Of a stretch of 17,195 nt of DNA, positions 1 through 8,658 are shown piece after piece. Both the position numbers and the translations under genes were made by a program. The notes below the pieces were generated by a model. It saw only the letters and a program-made list of their open reading frames with translations. It was not told the DNA's origin and did not search any database. The stretch lies in the sequence record MK054204.1, one strand, 5' to 3'. Every line of letters starts with the position of its first letter. Within the stretch, counting starts at the first letter, position 1.

Positions 1-44
1 CGGACCCGCCGGGATTTGAACCCGGGATCGCCGGCTCCGCAGGC
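1..44 (-). tRNA. att core: 3' half of tRNA-Arg(GCG), partial (not a complete tRNA gene)
   Basis: Reverse complement reads GC-CTGCGGA-GCCGG (anticodon loop, GCG at 40-38), CGATC, CCGGG-TTCAAAT-CCCGG (T arm), CGGGTCC-G (acceptor 3' strand). The 5' half is absent; viral sequence follows base 44. Confidence 0.93.
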
Positions 45-842
45 CTAGAAAAGAGCGTAGAACGTCGTAAAATTGCGTTGGTTGCCAATTTACGGCAGTA
101 CGCTACGGAAGGCAACATAAAGGCGTTCTTTGAATATTTGATAAGCGAAAGGAAAATAAGCGAAAAGACGGCTAAAGAGTACATTTCTGCAATTAGCAAA
201 TCTTTTCGTGAAAGTAGAAATTCGCAAAAAGCTTATCGTCTGTTCGCAAAATTCTTAGCCTCACGCGGAATAATAAGTGACGATTTCGCCGAGAAGATAC
301 TAAAAGTCGTTAAAGTGAAGAAGACCAACGCCGATATATACATACCTACTTTAGAAGATGTAAAACGCACGCTTAAAATAGCAAAAGAATATAGCGAAAA
401 CGTTTATCTTGTTTATCGTTTAGCGTTAGAAAGCGGTAGTAGATTGAGCGAAATATTACGCGTCTTAGAAAAGCCCGAAAAAGATATATGCGACGTAGGG
501 GGTACCCCTACAACCCCACTCCTATGCTACTATCCGCTTAGTTGGTCTAGAGGTTATAAGGGCGTTTTCTACGTCTTTCACTTAACGCCGTTACGCAAAG
601 TAGACATAACACAATGGGCGATAAGCGACTTCGAGAGAAGAAGAGAAGAAGCTATTCCTATTAAATATATAAGGAAATTCGTAGCAACGAAATTAGCGGA
701 ATTAGGCATACCTCTAGACATTATTGACTTCATTCAGGGTAGAAAGCCTACTAGAGTGCTAACCCAACATTACGTATCGCTTTTCGGTATTGCGAAAGAA
801 CACTATCGTAAATACGCCGAATGGATCAGACAAACGTTTTGA
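1..842 (+). CDS. int: SSV-type tyrosine integrase, C-terminal part int(C)
   Basis: Frame open from base 3 through att ([14 protein letters not shown]) into ORF 78-842. Catalytic motifs SGSRLSE (R), IKYIRKF (KxxR), IQGRKP (R), TQHYV (Y), as in SSV-type integrases. Confidence 0.96.
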   Translation, partial: DPPGFEPGIAGSAGLEKSVERRKIALVANLRQYATEGNIKAFFEYLISERKISEKTAKEYISAISKSFRESRNSQKAYRLFAKFLASRGIISDDFAEKILKVVKVKKTNADIYIPTLEDVKRTLKIAKEYSENVYLVYRLALESGSRLSEILRVLEKPEKDICDVGGTPTTPLLCYYPLSWSRGYKGVFYVFHLTPLRKVDITQWAISDFERRREEAIPIKYIRKFVATKLAELGIPLDIIDFIQGRKPTRVLTQHYVSLFGIAKEHYRKYAEWIRQTF

Positions 843-896
843 AATCTCAACCCGTTCCAAGTACCTACCTTACGTAGAATTGAAAGAAAGATAACG

Positions 897-1634
897 TTAG
901 GTACTTGTCACTTTTGACGCTTTTTCACGCATTATAGCAAGTACCTCATTCGCTATTCTCTTCATCACTCCGTCTCTTCTCTTTATGTACTCTTCGTAAA
1001 GATCATTCGGCATTTCCCTCCTAAAGATATCGTAGTATTTTTCCACATATTTACCCTTAAATTCCCCGTCAATTAGTTTAATAGTCCTCTTATAAATCCA
1101 TGCAATAGATTGCGGATAACCGTTATTCTTAGACTTGCCGTACTTTTGCACTTGAACTACTATCCATGCTTTTTCCCTTAAGAATTTTTGAATGTCCTCT
1201 ATCCAAGGAGTAGTAAAGATAAGTGCCACACTCCAAGTCCTTGCTAAGTTGTTCAGTTTTGCAAACTGAATGTTTTGTTCTTCACGCCACGCATATTTAA
1301 TTAAGTCTATTGAAGCGTCATCAATGATCAGGAACGGTAACCTATAGTTTACGTTACCCTTTTCATGCATTTCCACTACACTCATGAGCTTTTCTATCGC
1401 TTCATCCAATGTAAACACCATCAAATTATAGGCTTGCCACCATGCGTCATGTTCCGTCAAATCCGGATACAAGTACTGTAGAATTCGTGTCCCAACTTTT
1501 AGGGCATACGTAGTTTTACCCGCACCTTGTTTGCCAAATACCAAAATGCTCTGGAAACCGTTATCCTTCATTTCATTGATAACCATCTTGCCTAATTGTC
1601 CCGTATTAATATGCTTAACCTTCTTCCCCTTCAT
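897..1634 (-). CDS. P-loop ATPase, SSV1 B251 homolog
   Basis: Walker A GKQGAGKT, Walker B FLIIDD; last gene of the core operon, convergent with int. Confidence 0.9.
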   Translation of the reverse strand: MKGKKVKHINTGQLGKMVINEMKDNGFQSILVFGKQGAGKTTYALKVGTRILQYLYPDLTEHDAWWQAYNLMVFTLDEAIEKLMSVVEMHEKGNVNYRLPFLIIDDASIDLIKYAWREEQNIQFAKLNNLARTWSVALIFTTPWIEDIQKFLREKAWIVVQVQKYGKSKNNGYPQSIAWIYKRTIKLIDGEFKGKYVEKYYDIFRREMPNDLYEEYIKRRDGVMKRIANEVLAIMREKASKVTST

Positions 1635-2073
1635 CCATATCCGCCCCCTTCAATATCTTACTTATGAGAGACTTGTTTACGTTTTCCCTAGTTTGGCCTG
1701 AACTGACTCTTAGCACTCTGAGTATATCTCTACGCCCTCTTCCGCCCTTGCTAACCAGATAATGCTTTAATTTGTGGGCAAACTCGGCAAGTTCCGTTAC
1801 CGGTTCCTCACCGAAATAACTAGGAAGTTTAGCAAACTCAAACGCCGTAAGTATAAGCGATATCTGGTTACCGGAAAGGTAGAACATCGTATCCTTAGGG
1901 CTAACTAACTCTGAAATAGTTCTATTAGTTACCGTATACGGGTTCTCTATCTCTTGTAACTCTTCATCTTCCTCTTCTTGATTGTTTATTAACGCCTCTA
2001 ACTTTGCCAACTTGTTCTTTAACTCTTCATTTTCTTTCTTCAATTCTTCAACCGTCTGAGCCTTCTTAGCCAT
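1615..2073 (-). CDS. Fusellovirus core protein, SSV1 A154 homolog
   Basis: N-terminal coiled coil, acidic linker, GGRGRRDIL motif; lies between the B277 and B251 homologs. Confidence 0.85.
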   Translation of the reverse strand: MAKKAQTVEELKKENEELKNKLAKLEALINNQEEEDEELQEIENPYTVTNRTISELVSPKDTMFYLSGNQISLILTAFEFAKLPSYFGEEPVTELAEFAHKLKHYLVSKGGRGRRDILRVLRVSSGQTRENVNKSLISKILKGADMDEGEEG

Positions 2074-2079
2074 CTCAGT

Positions 2080-2919
2080 TCACCCCTTTGTACTATTTGC
2101 CGGGATAGTGAATGAAGGACTGGTAGTTGTAGTAGGCGGTGGCGTAATAGTATGCGTTACTGTGCTATTTGTCACATGTTGAGCAAGTAAGTGACTCAGG
2201 TTAGCGTTTGCAATCCCAAAGCCTATCGCAACTCCAATCCCGATACCCATGATAACGCCTATAATAAGCATAGTATAATCGATACCACTGCCTACCCGTG
2301 CAAGTGCTTCAAAGAACTTAGTACGGATAATACTGTGGATCACCTGTGGTGCGTTAAGCGTCTTAAGCGTTAATTGTTTAATCTTCTCATCTACTACCAA
2401 ATCTAAAGTATAAGGATAATCAGGCAAAACGAAATGAACGGCCACAAACTTTTTCCCAAACGGGAATTTGTTCTTTTCAAGTAGCAAAGGTTCACCGTTT
2501 AAGACCCAACTCTTTCTTAGTTTGCGGTTCTCTAGCATTAGATAACCCTGGTTTTCCACCAGTTTCGCTTTCCTCATAAACAACAATTGCAAGCCGTCCT
2601 TTGATTGTTGTAACATTGCTACGTAATGTTCCGCAGTGAACAGACGCGAATTAATCCATTTTTTAACTATTCTTACTCTGATATCCGCCTTATCCTTCTT
2701 CTTTACCTTCTTTCTTTGGGCTAATTCCGCTTTCAATTGTTTGTATTGTTGTAGCATTAATTCAGTTTGCCTTTTCTCATAAACTTTGTATAATCTCTTT
2801 AGCGTTTTGCCATCCGCTATCTGCTTTTGTACTTCTTCATATTTTTGCTTTAGCTCATCAAGTGTCTGAGCTTTCTTAAGCTCTTCCTCCCATGCGGAAA
2901 CTAATTTTCCATCAGACAT
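2080..2919 (-). CDS. Fusellovirus core membrane protein, SSV1 B277 homolog
   Basis: MSDGKLVSAWEEEL start, coiled coil, C-terminal TM helix and Thr/Pro-rich tail; synteny. Confidence 0.88.
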   Translation of the reverse strand: MSDGKLVSAWEEELKKAQTLDELKQKYEEVQKQIADGKTLKRLYKVYEKRQTELMLQQYKQLKAELAQRKKVKKKDKADIRVRIVKKWINSRLFTAEHYVAMLQQSKDGLQLLFMRKAKLVENQGYLMLENRKLRKSWVLNGEPLLLEKNKFPFGKKFVAVHFVLPDYPYTLDLVVDEKIKQLTLKTLNAPQVIHSIIRTKFFEALARVGSGIDYTMLIIGVIMGIGIGVAIGFGIANANLSHLLAQHVTNSTVTHTITPPPTTTTSPSFTIPANSTKG

Positions 2920-3190
2920 ACAGACACCTCAACCCCAAATAGAACGTAAAAGCATCAACCCCCAACCCTAGTAGGTATTCCCAAAGATTCAAGTATACAC
3001 TCAAGTGTGCTACGAATAGAACCAAGACCGCGGAAACGGTGAGATAGTACCCTATTAGTCTTATGAATTTGCGGTCTAAGGTTTGTCTCTCTTTCAACCC
3101 TTTTGGCTTTCTGAATAGCAAAGCAGTAATGAGCATAATTGAATCGAAACCTAGGGCTATTTCGGCGTATTTTGCCGGTATAAGTATCAT
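2912..3190 (-). CDS. Small membrane protein, SSV1 A92 homolog
   Basis: 92 aa, three hydrophobic segments, GAGGTGGGGGAG upstream of ATG; overlaps the B277 start. Confidence 0.75.
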   Translation of the reverse strand: MILIPAKYAEIALGFDSIMLITALLFRKPKGLKERQTLDRKFIRLIGYYLTVSAVLVLFVAHLSVYLNLWEYLLGLGVDAFTFYLGLRCLYV

Positions 3191-3206
3191 CGCTCCCCCA
3201 CCTCAT
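2955..3206 (-). CDS. Basic protein, SSV1 C84-like, overlapping A92 out of frame
   Basis: ATG at 3206 overlaps the A82 stop (ATGA); 83 aa starting MRWGSDD; length and position match C84. Confidence 0.5.
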   Translation of the reverse strand: MRWGSDDTYTGKIRRNSPRFRFNYAHYCFAIQKAKRVERETNLRPQIHKTNRVLSHRFRGLGSIRSTLECILESLGIPTRVGG

Positions 3207-3454
3207 ATCCTCTCTTCCCTCACCCAATTGAAGAAGAACCCTAAGTTCACTAACCCCAGTAAGAGCGGGAATATCGCTAAATAGAAAGTAGACCCTGAGA
3301 ACGCTATATCAGTATACCCTTGGACAAAGACTAAGAACCCTATGACGCCTAAGAACGTCCCCATTAAATTTACAAGATAGTTCCTACTTATCAAACCCAC
3401 GGCCGGGAAAAGAATAGAGACTACGTAGATTACATCCCCTAACGCACTCATCAA
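3203..3454 (-). CDS. Small membrane protein, SSV1 A82 homolog
   Basis: MSALGDVIY...NWVREERI; three TM segments; first gene after a TTTATAAA promoter. Confidence 0.88.
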   Translation of the reverse strand: MMSALGDVIYVVSILFPAVGLISRNYLVNLMGTFLGVIGFLVFVQGYTDIAFSGSTFYLAIFPLLLGLVNLGFFFNWVREERI

Positions 3455-3477
3455 AANAGGAAAAAATTNATNNTGAC

Positions 3478-3491
3478 TTTATAAAGGGCCT
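3478..3491 (-). promoter_or_regulatory. T9-like promoter (TATA box TTTATAAA) for the A82-B251 operon
   Basis: AGGCCCTTTATAAA about 24 nt upstream of the A82 ATG. Confidence 0.8.
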
Positions 3492-3756
3492 ATTCAGACT
3501 TGTATATCCTATACGCTACAACCGCCGGTACANTTATCAGTACAAGTATATAGAACAGTGGGACTAGTTGTAAGATGGGTGCGTTTGAGCTTCCTACGTA
3601 TTGCGGGTTAGGATTAGTTTGCGTCACAGTACCTGAAACAGTTGTGAAAGATGGTGTGGTTAGTAGAGTGACATAACTAACAATTGGCGATAATAACGCT
3701 ATACCTAAAACGATGAAGATAGCCAAAAAAATTATTTGCTTTAAACTGATTTCCAT
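3490..3756 (-). CDS. vp3: Minor capsid protein VP3
   Basis: Two hydrophobic helices; C-terminus [25 protein letters not shown] paralogous to VP1; directly downstream of VP1. Confidence 0.92.
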   Translation of the reverse strand: MEISLKQIIFLAIFIVLGIALLSPIVSYVTLLTTPSFTTVSGTVTQTNPNPQYVGSSNAPILQLVPLFYILVLIXVPAVVAYRIYKSE

Positions 3757-3850
3757 CCCTCACACCTTTACTCTTTGTAAATCTTGTACGCCACTACGGC
3801 GGGGACTATGATTAAGACTAGGATATAGAACAGTGGGACTAGTTGTAAGA
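3548..3850. repeat. Perfect 28-bp direct repeat shared by vp3 (3548-3575) and vp1 (3823-3850)
   Basis: ATATAGAACAGTGGGACTAGTTGTAAGA present twice, 275 bp apart. Confidence 0.95.
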
Positions 3851-4031
3851 GTGTGGCGTTTGTGCCGGTTACGCTAGGTGCAGTACCTGACGTTAAGCTA
3901 TTTACTTGGCTAACGATGACGGGCAATAGTACTATGCCTATAAGTATAAAGATGAATAAACCTAGAATGGCACCTATGTTAGTTGCTTCNCCCTTTCTTA
4001 GCTTTGGTCTTTGCAATAGTACTAGGCTCAT
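3768..4031 (-). CDS. vp1: Major capsid protein VP1 precursor (short leader; predicted mature N-terminus EATNIG)
   Basis: [32 protein letters not shown] (the X is a GGN codon = Gly); NAT glycosylation sequon; in-frame stop at 4038-4040 fixes the ATG at 4031. Confidence 0.94.
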   Translation of the reverse strand: MSLVLLQRPKLRKXEATNIGAILGLFIFILIGIVLLPVIVSQVNSLTSGTAPSVTGTNATLLQLVPLFYILVLIIVPAVVAYKIYKE

Positions 4032-4323
4032 ACTTGGTCAATAGGGGCTTATCGCTAAGCTTTTTAAACCCCTCCAGTTCTGAATTCAGAATCTGAATTT
4101 GTTTAGAGTTCTCTTTAATTTTAGCATATAACGTNCNNCCTTCNTTGTANANCTCTATGTAGCCTTNNTCNTTNANNATNCNNANNTGNCTTAGCACNGT
4201 NGCATAGCTCAAAAGCAGTGNGTGAGAGATGAGAGAAGCAGAGAGTACGTAGTTTTCCACAATAAGCTCTAAGATTTTACGCCTTAGTATCTTAGCCCTA
4301 ATCTCATTAGCGTTATAAGTCAT
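3979..4323 (-). CDS. Winged-helix (ArsR-like) protein, SSV1 B115 homolog
   Basis: [34 protein letters not shown]; ATG at 4323 overlaps the C166 stop (ATGA); many Ns inside. Confidence 0.85.
   Translation of the reverse strand: MTYNANEIRAKILRRKILELIVENYVLSASLISHXLLLSYXXVLXXXXXXXXXGYIEXYXEXXTLYAKIKENSKQIQILNSELEGFKKLSDKPLLTKYEPSTIAKTKAKKGXSN
4061..4075 (-). promoter_or_regulatory. T1/T2-like capsid promoter embedded in the B115 gene
   Basis: GGAGGGGTTTAAAAA about 30 nt upstream of the vp1 ATG; resembles the SSV1 vp1 promoter. Confidence 0.75.
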
Positions 4324-4820
4324 GGCCCACCCCTTATCANTTTCACCACTTCCCAAATGAGGATGAAATTAACAATCAAAACGAAAGCCGTNANNAANGG
4401 CCCTACNNNCGGTACATTCGCTAACAATCCTATAGAAGAAGTGAATATAGATATTAGATACCCTAGCACACTATCGGTTGTCTGAAACATCCACGTTAGC
4501 CAACCTATCAGGTAAAGGATTGGGGCCAACCAACTAAAGCTAATACTGAAGAGCGTTACACCCGGTATCGTTACACCCGGCAAAGTTAGTCCCGGAAAGT
4601 TAGCCCCTAGGATACTGAACGGCGGTATAAGTGTCACGGGCCCCCATAACGTAATGGGTGGCCACCCCACAGTCCATACAATTGATGACGCTAAAGCTTG
4701 GTCAAAACTATATGAAGGTATCGGTGGAATTGACGGTGGCGTTATACCGCCGTAAGCACCTACCATTAACGCTAGAAAGACGTCAAACAATAGGACGTAT
4801 ACTATTAGCTTAGTCCCCAT
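4320..4820 (-). CDS. Membrane protein, SSV1 C166 homolog
   Basis: Start MGTKLIVYVLLFDVF at 4820 after GGTGGTAGGG gives 166 aa; Pro-rich, multiple hydrophobic segments. Confidence 0.88.
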   Translation of the reverse strand: MGTKLIVYVLLFDVFLALMVGAYGGITPPSIPPIPSYSFDQALASSIVWTVGWPPITLWGPVTLIPPFSILGANFPGLTLPGVTIPGVTLFSISFSWLAPILYLIGWLTWMFQTTDSVLGYLISIFTSSIGLLANVPXVGXXXTAFVLIVNFILIWEVVKXIRGGP

Positions 4821-5052
4821 CCCTACCACCTCCTAAGATTAACCCGGCTATCAGACCCAAAATGATCGCAACGCCCCAAAAAAGCGGTAAGAAATTCATG
4901 AAAGTTAGGGTGAAAGTTGAGGCTATACCTACAAGAATCGCCGGTACTTTGCCCGCCATCTTGTATGTTAGTCCCATCATTCCTATGATAATAACGACCG
5001 CAATNACCGGCCCTAAACCNGTNNNTAANGCNANNNNNATTGCGTCCGTCAT
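4810..5052 (-). CDS. Small membrane protein, SSV1 B78 homolog
   Basis: 80 aa, three hydrophobic segments; lies between VP4 and C166. Confidence 0.82.
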   Translation of the reverse strand: MTDAXXXXLXXGLGPXIAVVIIIGMMGLTYKMAGKVPAILVGIASTFTLTFMNFLPLFWGVAIILGLIAGLILGGGRDGD

Positions 5053-7433
5053 TATTCCTCCCTCCCCATAAACCTATCNACNANNGTNTTNGCTAANAGT
5101 ANCGCTATNCCNANNANNAAGANNTANAAGATGTACCANGGTANTANCCCNANNTATGCAGTGGCGATTAGCCCCATAACCGCACCACCCGATGCACCCG
5201 CACTACCGCCGAATTTCCAACCTAGTAACGCGATAAGTACCGTAACCACAATCCCGATGATTTCCGCCCATGGTTGGTATTGAGAGAAATTGTAAAGTGA
5301 GGAGTTAGGCAATATGTTATTACTAAACGGCTTAGTGTAGTTGTAGTTAAGAGTAGTGGTATTCACTGTGGTGGTGCTGCTTACTGTAGTAGTATTTGAA
5401 ACGCTAATGTTTAGTATCTGATATGTAACGCCGTACCAGTCTATATCTACTAACTCATAAGGACTATAGGATAGTTTTAGCGTTACGCTTCCGAAACCGG
5501 AAGCGTTTGTGTAGCCCGTTACATATTGTGTCAATGTTGATGGGTTAGTCCCGATCAATATTATATATGCTTGGTTAGCCGTAGCACTTTGTAAAACGAT
5601 ACCGCTAACGAAGAACCAATTCAGTACAAGTTTCCCCGCACCGTAGTAGAAGCCTAATCCAATAACCGGCGAAGTGTTTGATATAGTTAATACACCACCC
5701 GCACTACTGCTTATCTGAACATAGTTACCCGTTATAATCTGAAACGTTAGCGTATTAACGCTATTATTAACGAATTTTAACCCGGTTAAGGAACTATTAA
5801 ACGGAATTAGATAGTTGTTCCCGTTTTGAGTGATTATTACTAGGCCGTCATTTGCGGACAACCAATACGCTTTGAACTGAACTATAGCGTTTGTAGTTAC
5901 CATTTTAGCATAAGCAAAAGCCAAAATAGTAGATGTTTGCGTAAACGCAGATTGAGTTACGTTAGCTACGGGGCTATTATAAGTGAATTGAAACGTTATC
6001 GTTATTGTTTGCCCTAATATCCCGATTTTAGGATAAGAAGTAACGAATAACACGGGGTAACTCTGTGCGGGCAATACTGTGAAACTACCGCTATAATCTA
6101 TCATTGATATTGGGCCTTCAGTTACGATTACTGTATAGTAATAAGTAGTAGGTACTTGGACTATAGGCGTAAAACTATAGGGTATCGGGTACGTAACACC
6201 GTTTATTGATACGTTAGCCCGCTCTGATACTGCCGTATAATAACCTAGATTTGAGGGATAACCTATAATGTTAGTTAAAGTGAAACTGATTGTTTGCCCG
6301 CTTAGATAAGTCCCGCTAGGCAAATTGACGCTAGGATATAGTGCATAGCCCTCAACAATTACGGGTATAGTTAGGTTGTAGTTTATCGTTACTTGAGATG
6401 TAACGATTTGAAGCCCTATGGTTACGTTTACGTACCATGTTGGTGGGTTACCTTCGATTGGCCCCGTGTAAAGTAAATATAATCCGTTTGACTTCCCTAA
6501 AATGTTAAAAGTGCATGCTAAGCCTTGTTGTATACCCGTTATTGTAAAGTTTTTCTGTGAAACTATGCCCGATATGCTATATAATGCACCTGAAATGTTT
6601 ACGGGATTCCCCGCACCCGCATAGGCCATTAAGAAATGATAGATGTTATACGATAATGCGAAATAACTAATAGTCAGTTGTGCCGTAACTTGTGTAAAAT
6701 ATTGATAACGCATTATCACCCACTGACCGTACCCAAAACCCGGCCCAATATTCTGAGCGTCAATAACATAATTACTATTTACGGTATTCAACGATAGGCC
6801 CGGTATTATTGAAAAAGTCTTTAGAGTACCGTTATAGTAATAAACGTAAAGTTGGTTTGAAGCGGGTAAGTACCAGAACCCTAAACCTATTTGTTGCCCA
6901 ACACTGATTGAGCCCACAGACACGTTTAACTCTTTCACACCGTCAAAGTATACAAATAACCTATACGTTGGGAAACTCCCTTTTTCCATATAAACCACAA
7001 TCCCATCGGAAGCGTAAGGTAATGCGGGTGCATAGCTACCCGTAAAGCCTGAAGGGAAATTTACACCGTAGCCTATGGCGATTGAACCGTAGGATCCGGT
7101 GTTGCTAGATGAAGCTAGCAACCATGTGACGTTTAGAGCGATTTGTGATGATGAAAGAGAAAGAGATACGTTATTACTAATATATGCTTGATTCGGCAAA
7201 ACTTGGAGGTAGTAAGTGTTGTATATCGAAACGTAAGTTGGGTTAAGCCAAGGTGCATTAGAGAGCGTTGAACCGTTAAGAGTTTTACTTACTGAACCCC
7301 CATTTACCGTTATAGTTTGAGTATAAACTCCCACACCGCTATTATTAGGCCCTCCTCCACCTATAAGTAAAGCTAAGGAGTTGAGAGAAAAAAGAGATAT
7401 AAAGAAAATAGCGAATAATAGTCCCCACTTCAT
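5052..7433 (-). CDS. vp4: Adsorption/tail protein VP4, SSV1 C792 homolog
   Basis: 793 aa; signal peptide; Asn/Ser/Thr/Tyr-rich beta-type body with many N-x-S/T sequons; C-terminal TM segments; first gene of the structural operon. Confidence 0.92.
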   Translation of the reverse strand: MKWGLLFAIFFISLFSLNSLALLIGGGGPNNSGVGVYTQTITVNGGSVSKTLNGSTLSNAPWLNPTYVSIYNTYYLQVLPNQAYISNNVSLSLSSSQIALNVTWLLASSSNTGSYGSIAIGYGVNFPSGFTGSYAPALPYASDGIVVYMEKGSFPTYRLFVYFDGVKELNVSVGSISVGQQIGLGFWYLPASNQLYVYYYNGTLKTFSIIPGLSLNTVNSNYVIDAQNIGPGFGYGQWVIMRYQYFTQVTAQLTISYFALSYNIYHFLMAYAGAGNPVNISGALYSISGIVSQKNFTITGIQQGLACTFNILGKSNGLYLLYTGPIEGNPPTWYVNVTIGLQIVTSQVTINYNLTIPVIVEGYALYPSVNLPSGTYLSGQTISFTLTNIIGYPSNLGYYTAVSERANVSINGVTYPIPYSFTPIVQVPTTYYYTVIVTEGPISMIDYSGSFTVLPAQSYPVLFVTSYPKIGILGQTITITFQFTYNSPVANVTQSAFTQTSTILAFAYAKMVTTNAIVQFKAYWLSANDGLVIITQNGNNYLIPFNSSLTGLKFVNNSVNTLTFQIITGNYVQISSSAGGVLTISNTSPVIGLGFYYGAGKLVLNWFFVSGIVLQSATANQAYIILIGTNPSTLTQYVTGYTNASGFGSVTLKLSYSPYELVDIDWYGVTYQILNISVSNTTTVSSTTTVNTTTLNYNYTKPFSNNILPNSSLYNFSQYQPWAEIIGIVVTVLIALLGWKFGGSAGASGGAVMGLIATAXXGXXXWYIXXXXXXXIAXXLXXXXXDRFMGREE

Positions 7434-7456
7434 TAAGCGATAAAAAATTATGTGAG

Positions 7457-7470
7457 TTTATAAAGGGCCT
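7457..7470 (-). promoter_or_regulatory. T7/T8-like promoter for the vp4 operon
   Basis: AGGCCCTTTATAAA about 24 nt upstream of the vp4 ATG (leaderless). Confidence 0.8.
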
Positions 7471-7688
7471 TAGTCTATCAAACGCCATAGTAAGTCTATT
7501 ACTGCCTTACGAAATTTGGGGCTTAAGTACATTGCAATCCCTAAAGAGGCTAAAAAAATTGCTAAGGCAATTTCCGGAGCGTATTGAACATACCATGGAG
7601 GTGGCGAATAAGGTGGCGAATAAGGAAAAATAATTTTCCCCTGAACAGATGCATTTACTGGGCCGAAATTAATACCCGAGGATGACAT
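7470..7688 (-). CDS. Small membrane-anchored protein, C124-like (PPWY motif plus TM plus basic tail); candidate immunity protein
   Basis: 72 aa, PPPWYVQYAPEIALAIFLASLGIAMYL then KFRK; own BRE/TATA 23 nt upstream of the ATG. Confidence 0.65.
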   Translation of the reverse strand: MSSSGINFGPVNASVQGKIIFPYSPPYSPPPWYVQYAPEIALAIFLASLGIAMYLSPKFRKAVIDLLWRLID

Positions 7689-7693
7689 ATAAG

Positions 7694-7700
7694 AAAAAAA
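7694..7700 (-). terminator. Oligo-T (T7) terminator of the 302-aa gene transcript
   Basis: T7 tract 27 nt downstream of the stop. Confidence 0.55.
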
Positions 7701-7710
7701 GATTAACTTG

Positions 7711-7725
7711 ATAATATACTTTTTC
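7711..7725 (-). promoter_or_regulatory. Tx-like promoter for the 72-aa membrane protein
   Basis: GAAAAAG-TATATTAT about 23 nt upstream of ATG 7688. Confidence 0.55.
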
Positions 7726-7726
7726 G

Positions 7727-8635
7727 TTAGACAATATACACTAGAATTAATGGTGTTTCTGTGTAACTAAGTTGTAAGGTTCCCGATATTTGAGCACTAC
7801 TACTTGACGTGTAGGCATTCGCGGAAAATGAAGGGCTACTGGACAACCAAGCAAAAGCCCATGCATAATTACTACTAATATAATTATTTGCGATAGGATA
7901 GTTTGTAGCGTATTTTATAGTTTCATACCCTACTGCAGTAGCGGGACTTCCAATTATGTTAAATGATATTCCGCTAAAGGTTTCGTTAGGAATTGGGTAG
8001 AACAAAATTGATTTGTTCACTCCGCTCTGGTAATAACCGGGTGCCTCACCCATCACTAGAGCAGAATATGGAGTAAAACTGATTCCGGTATTATAGGTAT
8101 ATGAAAAACTTCCATCTGAGAATTGTGCAACTACATTACCGTTAGAAAGGTAAAGATATATGTTCATAGTTGTACCCGCGAACTGGCTATACGGATATTG
8201 ATATGATACCAATGGATGAGCGTTGTTATTTACCACCAGATACACAAAAAGTAGCACGTATTTCACACTTTGATTTTCCAATAAATCAACTCCCGCTTGC
8301 AAGAAAGTTGTGCTTGCCCCATTACCAATAGTATACGGTGAAAGAGCCACCCAAAAGGCATACATGTTATCATACCAGTATTCATTAGGATTATAATAAT
8401 ATGGTATTGAAGATGGGATTGGCACAGAGATTGAGGCATATGAAGCCGGTTGCACTTGACCGTTATTAGCAAACTCAAACACATACCCTAAAAGGTTTGA
8501 ATCAGTTGATGATGAAATTTGATTTATCGGTATCGGTGATGATGGCGGTATTATTACTCCTGCAATTGTTGGAGTTATTAAAAGCGATAGTAACGCTAGG
8601 GATAGGGTTAGAAGGGCTAGAAGGGACTTTCTCAT
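7727..8635 (-). CDS. Secreted protein at the SSV1 A291 position; putative G1 (eqolisin-like) glutamic peptidase, toxin candidate
   Basis: Signal peptide MRKSLLALLTLSLALLSLLITPTIA; motifs SNLLGYV, AFWVAL, FLQAGVD, ALVMGEAP; no C-terminal anchor seen. Confidence 0.7.
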   Translation of the reverse strand: MRKSLLALLTLSLALLSLLITPTIAGVIIPPSSPIPINQISSSTDSNLLGYVFEFANNGQVQPASYASISVPIPSSIPYYYNPNEYWYDNMYAFWVALSPYTIGNGASTTFLQAGVDLLENQSVKYVLLFVYLVVNNNAHPLVSYQYPYSQFAGTTMNIYLYLSNGNVVAQFSDGSFSYTYNTGISFTPYSALVMGEAPGYYQSGVNKSILFYPIPNETFSGISFNIIGSPATAVGYETIKYATNYPIANNYISSNYAWAFAWLSSSPSFSANAYTSSSSAQISGTLQLSYTETPLILVYIV

Positions 8636-8658
8636 TTGGAATAGAGGAAAAATAGAAC

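Noticed and set aside
1-44. Functional tRNA gene
   Set aside because: D arm and 5' acceptor strand are missing; it is the att core only
4032-4230. Long N-terminal VP1 propeptide as in SSV1
   Set aside because: In-frame TGA at 4038-4040 limits the leader to 14 aa
4554-4595. 15-bp-period repeat CGTTACACCCGG in C166
   Set aside because: Explained by the PG(L/V)T(L/I) peptide repeat of the protein; no evidence of a separate DNA function
2191-5071. Plus-strand ORFs 2191-2373, 3063-3284, 3853-4044 and 4862-5071
   Set aside because: Antisense to conserved core genes; no promoter, RBS or recognisable motifs
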